A stretch of 21,305 nucleotides of DNA. It comes from an uncultured virus (IMG/VR IMGVR_UViG_2791355434_000002). Taxonomy: Duplodnaviria; Heunggongvirae; Uroviricota; Caudoviricetes. Positions 1-7,634 of the stretch are shown piece after piece (position 1 is the first letter of the stretch; every line of letters starts with the position of its first letter). The stretch lies in IMG/VR virus record IMGVR_UViG_2791355434_000002; one strand, given 5' to 3'. The notes beneath the pieces were generated by a model, which saw nothing but the letters and a program-made list of their open reading frames with translations, did no database searches and was not told where the DNA came from. The translations under genes were made by a program, and so were the position numbers.

Positions 1-17
1 GTCCTTCCGGGGTTGGG

Positions 18-47
18 GTGTGGCCGCCTGTGGTGGGGCGGCCACAC
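18..47. terminator. Intergenic hairpin (11-bp stem, 8-nt loop)
   Basis: gtgtggccgcc(18-28)/ggcggccacac(37-47); on the minus strand it follows the stop at 59 and precedes an SD-like GGAAGGA. Confidence 0.5.
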
Positions 48-58
48 AGCAGGGGTGG

Positions 59-451
59 TCAGGCGGCGGGGGTGTCCATGGCTTCCATCGCAGCGTCAAC
101 TCCGGCGCACGCAGCGGGCCACAGCGTGCAGGAGCAGTAGCTGCGCTTGTTGGTGTGCCACTCGCAGTGGTCGGCGTGGCCGACGGTCTGGTCGACCTGG
201 GCGCGCGCGGCGTCGTAGAGGCGGGTGGCGGCGGTGCTCTGCCACTCAGGCGGGCGGGCGCCCAGGCCGAGGCGGCGGCGGGTGAGGATGGCGAGGTTGT
301 AGCCCGCCCGGGTGGGCTTCTCCATCCACCGGGTCCAGGGGGACCACTGCGGCGCGTCGGGGTAGGGCGTGGTCAGGGTCGGCTTCACGACGATTGCGGC
401 CTTGGCGATGGCGTGCAGAGCGTCGGTCAACTCCCGTTCGGTGTCGGTCAT
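59..451 (-). CDS. Hypothetical phage protein (130 aa) with HCxxH...CxC motif
   Basis: ATG at 451 preceded by GGAG; MTDTERELTDALH...HCEWHTNKRSYCSC...TPAA. Confidence 0.75.
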   Translation of the reverse strand: MTDTERELTDALHAIAKAAIVVKPTLTTPYPDAPQWSPWTRWMEKPTRAGYNLAILTRRRLGLGARPPEWQSTAATRLYDAARAQVDQTVGHADHCEWHTNKRSYCSCTLWPAACAGVDAAMEAMDTPAA

Positions 452-476
452 GGTGGTCTCCGTGGGTGGGCCGGGA

Positions 477-704
477 TCACCCGGCAGCAGGGGCGGGGGT
501 GGTGTAGTTCGTGATCGTGATCGGCAGTTCGGCCGCGAGGTGGTCGGCGAGCTGCTGCCGGGCACCGTCGCGCATGGTCTGCCGCATGTGCTCGTCGGCG
601 ATCTCCCAGGAGCGGGCGGGGACGGCGTAGTGAGTGCTGTAGCGGACGTCGCCGATCTCGATCTCGGCGCGGATGACGACGTGTTGGCGCGCGGTCTCGG
701 TCAT
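477..704 (-). CDS. Hypothetical phage protein (75 aa)
   Basis: MTETARQHVVIRAEIEIG...; ATGA overlap with upstream stop at 701; SD GAGGAG. Confidence 0.7.
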   Translation of the reverse strand: MTETARQHVVIRAEIEIGDVRYSTHYAVPARSWEIADEHMRQTMRDGARQQLADHLAAELPITITNYTTPAPAAG

Positions 705-1009
705 CGTGTGGGCTCCTCGGGCGCTCGGGGGGGTGCGGGGGGTTCGTAGCCGACGGCGAAGGCGACTTGCTGGGCGCGGTGGACGTCGTGGCAGGGCCAC
801 GGGTCACCGTCACGCCAGCAGGCGCGCCCGGTCTCGTCGGGCTGGTGGATCGTGGCGGTGTCGGCGAGCCACATGGCGAGCTCTCCGGCCTCCCAGGTGT
901 TGCGAGCGAGGAGGGTTCGGGCGGCGGCCTTGAGTTCCTCGCGGGGGCTGGTGGGGCCGATGTTCGCGGCGGGTGCGGCGTATGCGGCTTCGAGTGCGTC
1001 GGCGGTCAC
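701..1009 (-). CDS. Hypothetical phage protein (102 aa) with H...C...WPC motif
   Basis: GTG start overlapping stop at 1006, SD GAGGAG; IHQPDETGRACWRDGDPWPCHD. Confidence 0.7.
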   Translation of the reverse strand: MTADALEAAYAAPAANIGPTSPREELKAAARTLLARNTWEAGELAMWLADTATIHQPDETGRACWRDGDPWPCHDVHRAQQVAFAVGYEPPAPPRAPEEPTR

Positions 1010-3011
1010 CGCTGCTCCTCGGGCGCGGCAGGGGCGGCGGGCGGGGTGGCGGGCGGCAGGTCCGGGCGGACACCCCGCAGTTCGGCGGCCGTGGTACCCG
1101 CGTAGTCGCTGCGCGTCGCGGTGAACCGGGCCCCGCAGCCCCCGCCCGGCACAGGTGTCCAGCCGGAGATGTCGATGTGGTGGGTGCGCTGGGGGAGGGT
1201 GGGCTTCCCGCAGCCGTCGCAGTAGGAGTTGGTGCGGTTGATGACGAGGGTGGCGGTTGCCTCGCTGGTGGTGGGCGGCTGCACCCCGGCGGCAGCGTCG
1301 TCGGCCAGTACGGTCCGGAGTTCCCGTGCGCGGTCGGTGATGCTGGAGTCGCCGTACCGGCCGCGCTGCTCCCAGTCGGCGGCCAGCGCGCCGAGCCGGG
1401 CGGCCAGCGGAGTTGGGGCGGGAACCTCGGCGGCCAGGGGGCGGGCGGTGGCCATGTCGCGTCGGCGGTTCAGGTCGTCGGTCAGCTCGCTGAGCATCGT
1501 GGCCCGGTCGGCAGGCGCGGGCGGGGCTCCGTACACCGGGTCGCGCTTCACCCGCAGCCCCGTGTCGCCGCCGTCGGCGAGCAGCTCCAGGCGACCGCCG
1601 TGCTTGTTCCACCCGTACACGAACTCCAGGCCGGGGGTCTCCGTCTCCTGGTGGTACTCGATCGCCGCGAGCTTGGCGGTGACCTCGTCGGTGTAGTGGC
1701 CGAGGGTGGATTCGTCCTCGGCCCACACGGTCCACACCCCGGCCAGCGGCACGGGCGAGGCTGCCGCGCCCTCGCCCTCGGTGGTGCCGAGGAGCTGCCG
1801 GGCCACCGCCAGGGCAGGCGCGGGCAGGGCGGCCAGGACCGCGTCGGCGATCACCTCNNNNNNNNNNNNNNNNNNNNNNNNNNNNNNNNNNNNNNNNNNN
1901 NNNNNNNNNNNNNNNNNNNNNNNNNNNNNNNNNNNNNNNNNNNNNNNNNNNNNNNNNNNNNNNNNNNNNNNNNNNNNNNNNNNNNNNNNNNNNNNNNNNN
2001 NNNNNNNNNGGGCGGGGTGGCGGGCGGCAGGTCCGGGCGGACACCCCGCAGTTCGGCGGCCGTGGTACCCGCGTAGTCGCTGCGCGTCGCGGTGAACCGG
2101 GCCCCGCAGCCCCCGCCCGGCACAGGTGTCCAGCCGGAGATGTCGATGTGGTGGGTGCGCTGGGGGAGGGTGGGCTTCCCGCAGCCGTCGCAGTAGGAGT
2201 TGGTGCGGTTGATGACGAGGGTGGCGGTTGCCTCGCTGGTGGTGGGCGGCTGCACCCCGGCGGCAGCGTCGTCGGCCAGTACGGTCCGGAGTTCCCGTGC
2301 GCGGTCGGTGATGCTGGAGTCGCCGTACCGGCCGCGCTGCTCCCAGTCGGCGGCCAGCGCGCCGAGCCGGGCGGCCAGCGGAGTTGGGGCGGGAACCTCG
2401 GCGGCCAGGGGGCGGGCGGTGGCCATGTCGCGTCGGCGGTTCAGGTCGTCGGTCAGCTCGCTGAGCATCGTGGCCCGGTCGGCAGGCGCGGGCGGGGCTC
2501 CGTACACCGGGTCGCGCTTCACCCGCAGCCCCGTGTCGCCGCCGTCGGCGAGCAGCTCCAGGCGACCGCCGTGCTTGTTCCACCCGTACACGAACTCCAG
2601 GCCGGGGGTCTCCGTCTCCTGGTGGTACTCGATCGCCGCGAGCTTGGCGGTGACCTCGTCGGTGTAGTGGCCGAGGGTGGATTCGTCCTCGGCCCACACG
2701 GTCCACACCCCGGCCAGCGGCACGGGCGAGGCTGCCGCGCCCTCGCCCTCGGTGGTGCCGAGGAGCTGCCGGGCCACCGCCAGGGCAGGCGCGGGCAGGG
2801 CGGCCAGGACCGCGTCGGCGATCACCTCGGGCGTACCCCAGACCTCGGTCAGGACACCGTGCGTGTAGACGACGGGCTGCATGCGGCTGGCTGCGCACTC
2901 GGTCTCGGTGCTGTCGCAGCCGCCCGTGCAGGCCGCACGGCGGAGAGTCTCGGCGATAGCGGCGCGCAGCTGGTCGGCGGGGCGGTCAGCGGGGATGGGG
3001 GTGGTGGGCAT
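1006..3011 (-). CDS. Mosaic hypothetical phage protein (~344 aa once the 971-bp duplication plus gap is collapsed)
   Basis: ATG at 3011 (MPTTPIPADRPADQLRAA) with SD AAGGAG; removing 971 bp leaves 1035 nt in one frame ending ...APEEQR at 1006; Cys motifs CTGGC, CDGC. Confidence 0.7.
1039..2828. repeat. 819-bp direct duplication (1039-1857 = 2010-2828) flanking a 152-N gap; probable unmerged contig overlap
   Basis: Both copies end exactly at the gap edges; ORF translations 1229-1696 and 2200-2667 are identical. Confidence 0.9.
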
Positions 3012-3043
3012 CAACGGCTCCTTCGTGGTTGGGTGGGTGGGCT

Positions 3044-3072
3044 GGCTGCCCCTGCTTTCCTCAGGGGCAGCC
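3044..3072. terminator. Intergenic hairpin (11-bp stem, 7-nt loop)
   Basis: ggctgcccctg/ctttcct/caggggcagcc. Confidence 0.55.
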
Positions 3073-3085
3073 GGTTGTGCGTGGG

Positions 3086-3289
3086 TCACGTGCCGCAGGT
3101 CAGGCACGGCTTGAACTCCAGGTCGTTGCAGACGATGCAGTTCACATCGCCCACGGCGGGGCGCTCGACGTAGCCGCTGATGTCCATGCCGCACAGGGCG
3201 GTGTCGGGGTCGCAGCAGTAGATGTGATCGAGGCCCTCGTCGGGTGTGGTCGACGGACCGAACGGCAAGGGAGCGAGGCTGGCGGTCAT
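3086..3289 (-). CDS. Small Cys-rich (probable Zn-binding) protein (67 aa)
   Basis: HIYCCDPDTALCG...CIVC...CLTC; TGATG overlap, SD GGAG. Confidence 0.75.
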   Translation of the reverse strand: MTASLAPLPFGPSTTPDEGLDHIYCCDPDTALCGMDISGYVERPAVGDVNCIVCNDLEFKPCLTCGT

Positions 3290-3528
3290 CAGAGGCTCCA
3301 GAGGGTCACTTGTCGGTAGGTAAGGGGCAGTTCGGTCTGCCCGGGGATGGATTCCGGGGCCGGATCGGCTGTGCGGGCGTCTCGCGGGCGAACAGCGAAT
3401 CGGTCGACCCCAGGGGCTTCGGCGGACTGTTCGCCCGCGAGAGGCCGGATTCTGCCCCGCGACAGGGGCACTGCGGCCTCGCGCCCGCGCCCCACCCGAC
3501 GACCGGTCCCCCTCGGCACAGCCATCAC
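3289..3528 (-). CDS. Hypothetical protein (~79 aa) with C-terminal IPGQTELPL...QVTLWSL tail
   Basis: Fills the gap between coupled genes at both ends (GTGA and TGATG overlaps); N-terminal half is low-complexity. Confidence 0.55.
   Translation of the reverse strand: MMAVPRGTGRRVGRGREAAVPLSRGRIRPLAGEQSAEAPGVDRFAVRPRDARTADPAPESIPGQTELPLTYRQVTLWSL
3380..3442. repeat. Perfect 16-bp inverted repeat with 31-bp spacer
   Basis: tctcgcgggcgaacag(3380-3395)/ctgttcgcccgcgaga(3427-3442). Confidence 0.9.
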
Positions 3529-3845
3529 GCCGCCTGCTTCTGCCGGTCGCGGGACCGCCACCGTTCGACGGTCCGCTTGTCGACTCCGACGATCCGGGCG
3601 ACCTCGGCGGCCGGTACGTGGCGTGCGGTCAGGCCGCGGGCGACGAGGACACGTTCGAGGCGCGTAAGTCCTTCGACCGGCCGCTGCTCGGTGACGATGA
3701 GCTCGACGTCGTGCGGGTCGGCGGTGCCCCATTGGGTGAAGTGCGGGTCGCCGTATCGGCGGATCCTGGCCCGGTGCGCCTGACATAGGCGCCGTTGCGG
3801 TCGGGCTTGGCGGGTGCAGCCGTCAACGTTGCACTGCCGGTTCAT
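3525..3845 (-). CDS. Zn-finger plus helix-turn-helix DNA-binding protein (106 aa)
   Basis: CNVDGC...LCQAH...RYGDP N-terminus; AAEVARIVGVDKRTVERWR HTH. Confidence 0.8.
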   Translation of the reverse strand: MNRQCNVDGCTRQARPQRRLCQAHRARIRRYGDPHFTQWGTADPHDVELIVTEQRPVEGLTRLERVLVARGLTARHVPAAEVARIVGVDKRTVERWRSRDRQKQAA

Positions 3846-4162
3846 GCTGCGCTCCGGTCGGCTTCGACGTGCCGGGCGGGGTGTACGGTCCCGCCGTCGA
3901 GGGCCCTGCCGTTGGCGTGGCACGGGACGGTCGGGGTGACCTGGCAGGTGGGGCAGCAGGCGACCATCTGGGCCCGTGCGTCAACCCGCTGCTGGTGGAC
4001 GTGGGCGAGCGGTACACCGCGGGAGGGGATGCGGCAGGGCTTGTGGGCGGCGACTCCGCAGTGGGGGCAGGGGAGGGCGCGGGCGGGGTGTTGGCCGGCG
4101 CGCATGAAGTGGCGGATGGAGTCGGGCATGGGGGCGGGCTGCCCGTAGCGGGTTCGGTTCAT
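3842..4162 (-). CDS. Phage zinc-finger protein, two CPxC...PC...H..R units (106 aa)
   Basis: CPHCGVAAHKPC...VHQQR and CPTCQVTPTVPC...VHPAR; ATG at 4162, SD AAGGAG. Confidence 0.8.
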   Translation of the reverse strand: MNRTRYGQPAPMPDSIRHFMRAGQHPARALPCPHCGVAAHKPCRIPSRGVPLAHVHQQRVDARAQMVACCPTCQVTPTVPCHANGRALDGGTVHPARHVEADRSAA

Positions 4163-4491
4163 GGGTTTCTCCTTGGGGTGCAGGCGGCGCATCCGCATTG
4201 GTGGCGAAGGTTGTTGGGTTGGGCGAGTTCGGTGTGGTCTGCGGTGGTGAGCCAGTTGCGGTACTCGGTGAGCGCTGTCTCCCAGGCGGCGGGAGGGTGG
4301 CGTTGTGCGGGTGGGTCTGGTGGGCGGGTGCCGGTGGGCCAGGCCCCGGGCCGGTAGCCGGGCGGTTTCGGTGGTGGTGCGGGCGGGGTGGTTTTCTGGG
4401 TTCGTCCGGCGCGGAGTTGGTCGCGGAGGAAGCTGCGGAGGTCGCCCTCCTTGCGCATCGCTGCGATGTCGGAGGCGTCGAAGTCCGTCAC
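4159..4491 (-). CDS. Hypothetical protein (110 aa), Pro-rich with C-terminal CGCAAC
   Basis: GTGA-coupled; DIAAMRKEGDLRSFLR...RPGAWPTGT. Confidence 0.75.
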   Translation of the reverse strand: MTDFDASDIAAMRKEGDLRSFLRDQLRAGRTQKTTPPAPPPKPPGYRPGAWPTGTRPPDPPAQRHPPAAWETALTEYRNWLTTADHTELAQPNNLRHQCGCAACTPRRNP

Positions 4492-5171
4492 GACGCCTCA
4501 TCCCTCGGCGCTTCGTTGGCGGCAAGCCGCTCAAGGTGGGCCAGGGATGCCGCGCGGCGCTGCTCGATCAGCTGTGGGGACTCCAGCTCCGCCGGGCCAC
4601 CCAGGGCGACACGGGACCTCGCGGCGTGCGGGGTGCGGAGCTCGCGAGGCGGCCGGTTCCCGGGGACACTCGCCCTGCACGGCCGCCCCATCGGGGCCTG
4701 GCACGACGGGCATTCGACGCCGAGGGGTCCCGGCCGCCGCACTTCGGCGATCTCCTCGTCGGCGTCCTCGGCCGGGATGCGGCCGAAGCTGCCGGCGACT
4801 CCGGCGATGAGCTCGGCGACGGGGCGCCGCTTCAGTTGTTCGCCGTCGGCGGCCCGGGTCCGCTGGGTGCGAAGTGCGGCGAGGTACGCGGGGATGTCGT
4901 CGGGGTCCGCGTCGGGGACCTCTGCGGGAAGGCCGGGCCCCTGGAAGCTGTCGGCCTTGGCGTCTCGCTGCTTGCGGATCTCGGCGATGATCTCGGCCGG
5001 GCTGACGAACGGCTGCTTCTTGGCGACGGCTGCCGCAGCGGTTCGGGCTGTTGCAAGGGGCCAGTCACCAAGGACGTCGTGCCAGGCGTCGGGGGTGTAC
5101 TCGTCGAACTTCTGCTGGGGACACAGGGCCCGCACGTAGCGGGCGAGGATCACGGTCTCGTCGGGGGTCAT
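4488..5171 (-). CDS. Replication-associated protein: helicase loader/inhibitor-like N-terminus plus Zn finger (227 aa)
   Basis: Directly after the initiator; MTPDETVILARYVRALCPQQKFDEYTPDAWHDVLGD...FVSPAEI; CPSCQAPMGRPC...PHAAR. Confidence 0.7.
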   Translation of the reverse strand: MTPDETVILARYVRALCPQQKFDEYTPDAWHDVLGDWPLATARTAAAAVAKKQPFVSPAEIIAEIRKQRDAKADSFQGPGLPAEVPDADPDDIPAYLAALRTQRTRAADGEQLKRRPVAELIAGVAGSFGRIPAEDADEEIAEVRRPGPLGVECPSCQAPMGRPCRASVPGNRPPRELRTPHAARSRVALGGPAELESPQLIEQRRAASLAHLERLAANEAPRDEAS

Positions 5172-6316
5172 GAGGTCTCCTGCTGCATGCGCGCTTGAGC
5201 GCGGGCCATGGCGCGGTCGAAGAGGTCGTCAGTTGCCTGCTGCTGGCGGTCGCGGAACGGGAGCACATCGGCCCCTGTGGCGCTCTTGCGGATCTCGGCG
5301 AAGGCGAACTGGAGGGTTCCGGCGCTGACGGGCTTGGAGGCTGCACCGATGCGCTCCAGGGCGGACCACAGCTCGTCGGGGTCCGTGCCGTTCGCGAGGG
5401 TGTCGGCGATGACTCGCCGGATCTGGCGGGCGCTGTAGGCGTTGCCGGCCTTGTAGCGCTCAAGGAAGGCGTCGGTCATCCGGTCTTCGATGGCCCTCTC
5501 GCCCGTCTGCGAGACGGCGGGGCTGGTGGACGACTGCCGGGGGGGAGGGGGGGTTCCCTTCCTTTCCCTGTTCCCTTCCCTTCCTTTCCCTTCCGTCAGT
5601 GAATGGTTCAGTGAAGAAAAGTCACCGCCCGTGCCCACGGGAGGGTCGAAGTTCGACTGAGCGTGAGATTCGTTCACGGAGTCATTCACTGAACGGTTCA
5701 GTGACTCGTTCAGTGAGTCTTCAAGGCCGGAGAGTGCAGCAGGCGGGATGAACTCCTCGTCCTCCGCCGAGGAGTAGCGGCTCCGGCCGCACGCCTGGTG
5801 CACGGCGCGGACGTTCGACGGGTGGTCGCTGCCACCGGCGGCAACGGGGCGGATGTGACCGATCGCGAGGTTGTGGTCGTCGTTGACCACGATCCGCCGC
5901 GGGATCTCACTGCCGCACAGCTGGCACGTCCAGCCGTCGCGGCGCGCATACATTTCGCGGACCGGCCAGGCGCCCAGCGCGGGCGGAGGCAGCTTGCCCT
6001 TCTGTGGCCGGTTGATCCGCTGGTGCTTTCGGAAGTTGACGACCACGGCCATCTGCTGCTTGGCCACGCCACCGACGTAGGGGAAGAGGAGGCCCGTGTC
6101 GGTGAGGCACCGCATGAGCTGGTCGACGTCCTTGAGGGTGAGGTCGTCGTCGTACATGAACGCCTGGGCCTTGATGTAGGCCGGCGTCCAACGCAGGATC
6201 CCCTCGTCGTCCGCCATGTTGAACGTTGCGATGAACAACAGCCGGGCGTCGCGGGGCATGACACCGAGGAGCTCGTCCTCCCAGAACTCGGGCTTCACAG
6301 TGCGGATGCGCGGCAT
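5168..6316 (-). CDS. Phage replication initiator (replisome organizer-like) with internal HNH-like domain (382 aa)
   Basis: MPRIRTVKPEFW...ARLLFIATFNMADDEG...NFRKHQRINRP initiator N-terminus; RDGWTCQLCG...GHIRPVAAGGSDHPSNVRAVHQAC. Confidence 0.85.
   Translation of the reverse strand: MPRIRTVKPEFWEDELLGVMPRDARLLFIATFNMADDEGILRWTPAYIKAQAFMYDDDLTLKDVDQLMRCLTDTGLLFPYVGGVAKQQMAVVVNFRKHQRINRPQKGKLPPPALGAWPVREMYARRDGWTCQLCGSEIPRRIVVNDDHNLAIGHIRPVAAGGSDHPSNVRAVHQACGRSRYSSAEDEEFIPPAALSGLEDSLNESLNRSVNDSVNESHAQSNFDPPVGTGGDFSSLNHSLTEGKGREGNRERKGTPPPPRQSSTSPAVSQTGERAIEDRMTDAFLERYKAGNAYSARQIRRVIADTLANGTDPDELWSALERIGAASKPVSAGTLQFAFAEIRKSATGADVLPFRDRQQQATDDLFDRAMARAQARMQQETS
5553..5723. repeat. Iteron-like 12-bp repeats plus pyrimidine tract inside rep; putative origin
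   Basis: Minus strand GACTCACTGAAC GAGTCACTGAAC CGTTCAGTGAAT GACTCCGTGAAC, plus two more units at ~5593-5617; palindrome tcactgaac-g-gttcagtga 5686-5704; (ttccc)n tract 5553-5594. Confidence 0.7.
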
Positions 6317-6410
6317 TGACGGTCTTCTTCCTGGCGGTGCGGATAGGTACGGGCGTCTGCGGTGTGGGGCCCGCGATCAGGTCAGGTGGGGGCGGGGTCC
6401 GGGCGGGAGA

Positions 6411-6947
6411 TCACGGGGCGACCCGGGTGGTGCCGGTATTGCGGAGGCGCCGGTCCGCGTCGGCGTTGGCCTGTCGGCATGGGGTGCAGATCGCGGTGTG
6501 CTCGCGGAGGTGTTTCTGATAGCCGCCGCGAGTGCCGCACTCAGGCGGGGGCGGAGGCAGGGTGAGCTGCTGTTCGTACCGGTCGGACGCGGCCTGGCAG
6601 GCGGGGTCGACGGGCTGGCCGGACATGAGGTGCTGGTAGTAGGCGGCCGTGGTGCCGCAGTGGGCGGTCTGCTGCTCGGCTTGCTTCGGCCGGTCGCTGT
6701 TCCAGCGCTGGGCGGGGGTGAGCCCGCCGGCTATGCCGTGTCGGGAGGCTTTGCTCGTGCCGTGTTCGGCGGCGAGCGCCGCTTCGCGGCATGGGGTGAG
6801 TACGGGGCAGCTGGCGCACAGCTTGATGGCGTTGCGGACGGCGGCCCGGTCGCTGGGGTTGGGGAACAGGGTGTCCGGGTTGGCGGAGCGGCAGGCGGCC
6901 CGCTTCTGCCACTGGGTGGTCTCGCTGGCGTTGCTAATGCTGGCCAT
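6411..6947 (-). CDS. whiB: WhiB-family Fe-S regulator fused to two C-terminal CGT..Y..H...C repeats (178 aa)
   Basis: WQKRAAC...PDTLFP...CASCPVLTPC...GIAGG; SD CAGGAGGA; HCGTTAAYYQH and ECGTRGGYQKH repeats. Confidence 0.85.
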   Translation of the reverse strand: MASISNASETTQWQKRAACRSANPDTLFPNPSDRAAVRNAIKLCASCPVLTPCREAALAAEHGTSKASRHGIAGGLTPAQRWNSDRPKQAEQQTAHCGTTAAYYQHLMSGQPVDPACQAASDRYEQQLTLPPPPPECGTRGGYQKHLREHTAICTPCRQANADADRRLRNTGTTRVAP

Positions 6948-7045
6948 CGGTCCTCCTGACTGGTTGGAGGTGGTCATGGGGGCCGAGTGGGCGCACGGAA
7001 CCAGGCCCTCGTGGGCCGGGCGGTTCGAGGCGTAAGCCCCTTCGG

Positions 7046-7106
7046 CTTCATGTACACAATAGCGCTCAACGCGCTGATGTACATGAAGTTCGTGAGGTAC
7101 AGTACA
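7046..7106. promoter_or_regulatory. Operator palindrome and probable divergent promoters
   Basis: cttcatgtaca(7046-7056)/tgtacatgaag(7078-7088) with inner agcgc/gcgct; GTACA cores at 7052, 7079, 7097, 7102; TACAGT (7098-7103) 6 nt before ATG 7110; TATTGT on minus strand at 7056-7061. Confidence 0.7.
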
Positions 7107-7109
7107 GAC

Positions 7110-7319
7110 ATGACCGCGCCCAAGAAGGAGCACCAGGAGAAGATCGCGGACGTGCGCAACGCGCTCGCCGACGCCATCGAGAAGGCCCGCTACTACGACG
7201 AGACGACCGTGCTCACCTCCCGCGGGAAGCGCGTCGCCGTACTCGTCGGCATGGACTTCTACGAGCGCGCCCTGGAAGCCCTCGGCGAAGAACGCGTGCT
7301 CGTCACCAGCTCGGACTGA
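7110..7319 (+). CDS. Orphan Phd/YefM-family (prevent-host-death) antitoxin-like protein (69 aa), probably leaderless
   Basis: IADVRNALADAIEKARYYDETTVLTSRGKRVAVLVGMDFYE fits the Phd/YefM pattern; no SD; no toxin ORF adjacent. Confidence 0.85.
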   Translation: MTAPKKEHQEKIADVRNALADAIEKARYYDETTVLTSRGKRVAVLVGMDFYERALEALGEERVLVTSSD

Positions 7320-7340
7320 CGTCACTTCCCCTCCTCCCTC

Positions 7341-7396
7341 CCCCGCCCCGGCGGGGTTGTTGTGCGTGTGGGCGGGCCACGTGTGGTGGCCCGCCC
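7341..7396. terminator. Paired hairpins between convergent genes
   Basis: ccccgc-cccg-gcgggg-ttgttgt (7341-7363) and gggcgggccac/gtggcccgccc (7370-7396). Confidence 0.65.
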
Positions 7397-7400
7397 GTTG

Positions 7401-7634
7401 TCATGCGGCGGTTCGCTGGTTGATGAGCCGGCGGAGTTCTTTCTGGGTGAGCCCGCCCCAGACGCCCCACCGCTGCCCGGTGGCCAGCGCGTAGTCGAGG
7501 CAGGCGGGCCGGACAGGGCAGGCCATGCAGGTGCGCTTCGCCGGGACGGCGCTCCCGCCGACTTCCGGGTAGTACGCCTCCGGGTCGGTCTGTGCGCACA
7601 GGGCGGAGTCCCGCCACGACAGGTCGGTGCTCAT
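7401..7634 (-). CDS. whiB: WhiB-family transcription factor (77 aa)
   Basis: WRDSALCAQTDPEAYYPE.GGS...AKRTCMACPVRPACLDYAL....WGVWGG: four Cys plus GVWGG. Confidence 0.95.
   Translation of the reverse strand: MSTDLSWRDSALCAQTDPEAYYPEVGGSAVPAKRTCMACPVRPACLDYALATGQRWGVWGGLTQKELRRLINQRTAA

Noticed and set aside
1039..2828. Duplication as a DGR template/variable repeat pair or phage terminal repeat
   Set aside because: No differences seen between copies, no reverse transcriptase, and the boundaries coincide with the gap
701..3194. ORF-track entries 701-2044, 1006-2898 and 1851-3194 as separate genes
   Set aside because: They read through Ns and the duplicated segment; a single collapsed gene explains them
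5553..5723. CRISPR array
   Set aside because: Units are 12 bp, tandem, without spacers, and lie inside a CDS; no cas genes
6948..7325. N-terminal extension of the WhiB fusion (304-aa ORF)
   Set aside because: It overlaps the Phd gene antisense; ATG 6947 has a strong SD
7110..7400. Complete type II toxin-antitoxin operon
   Set aside because: No toxin ORF fits; hairpins and the convergent whiB gene follow immediately
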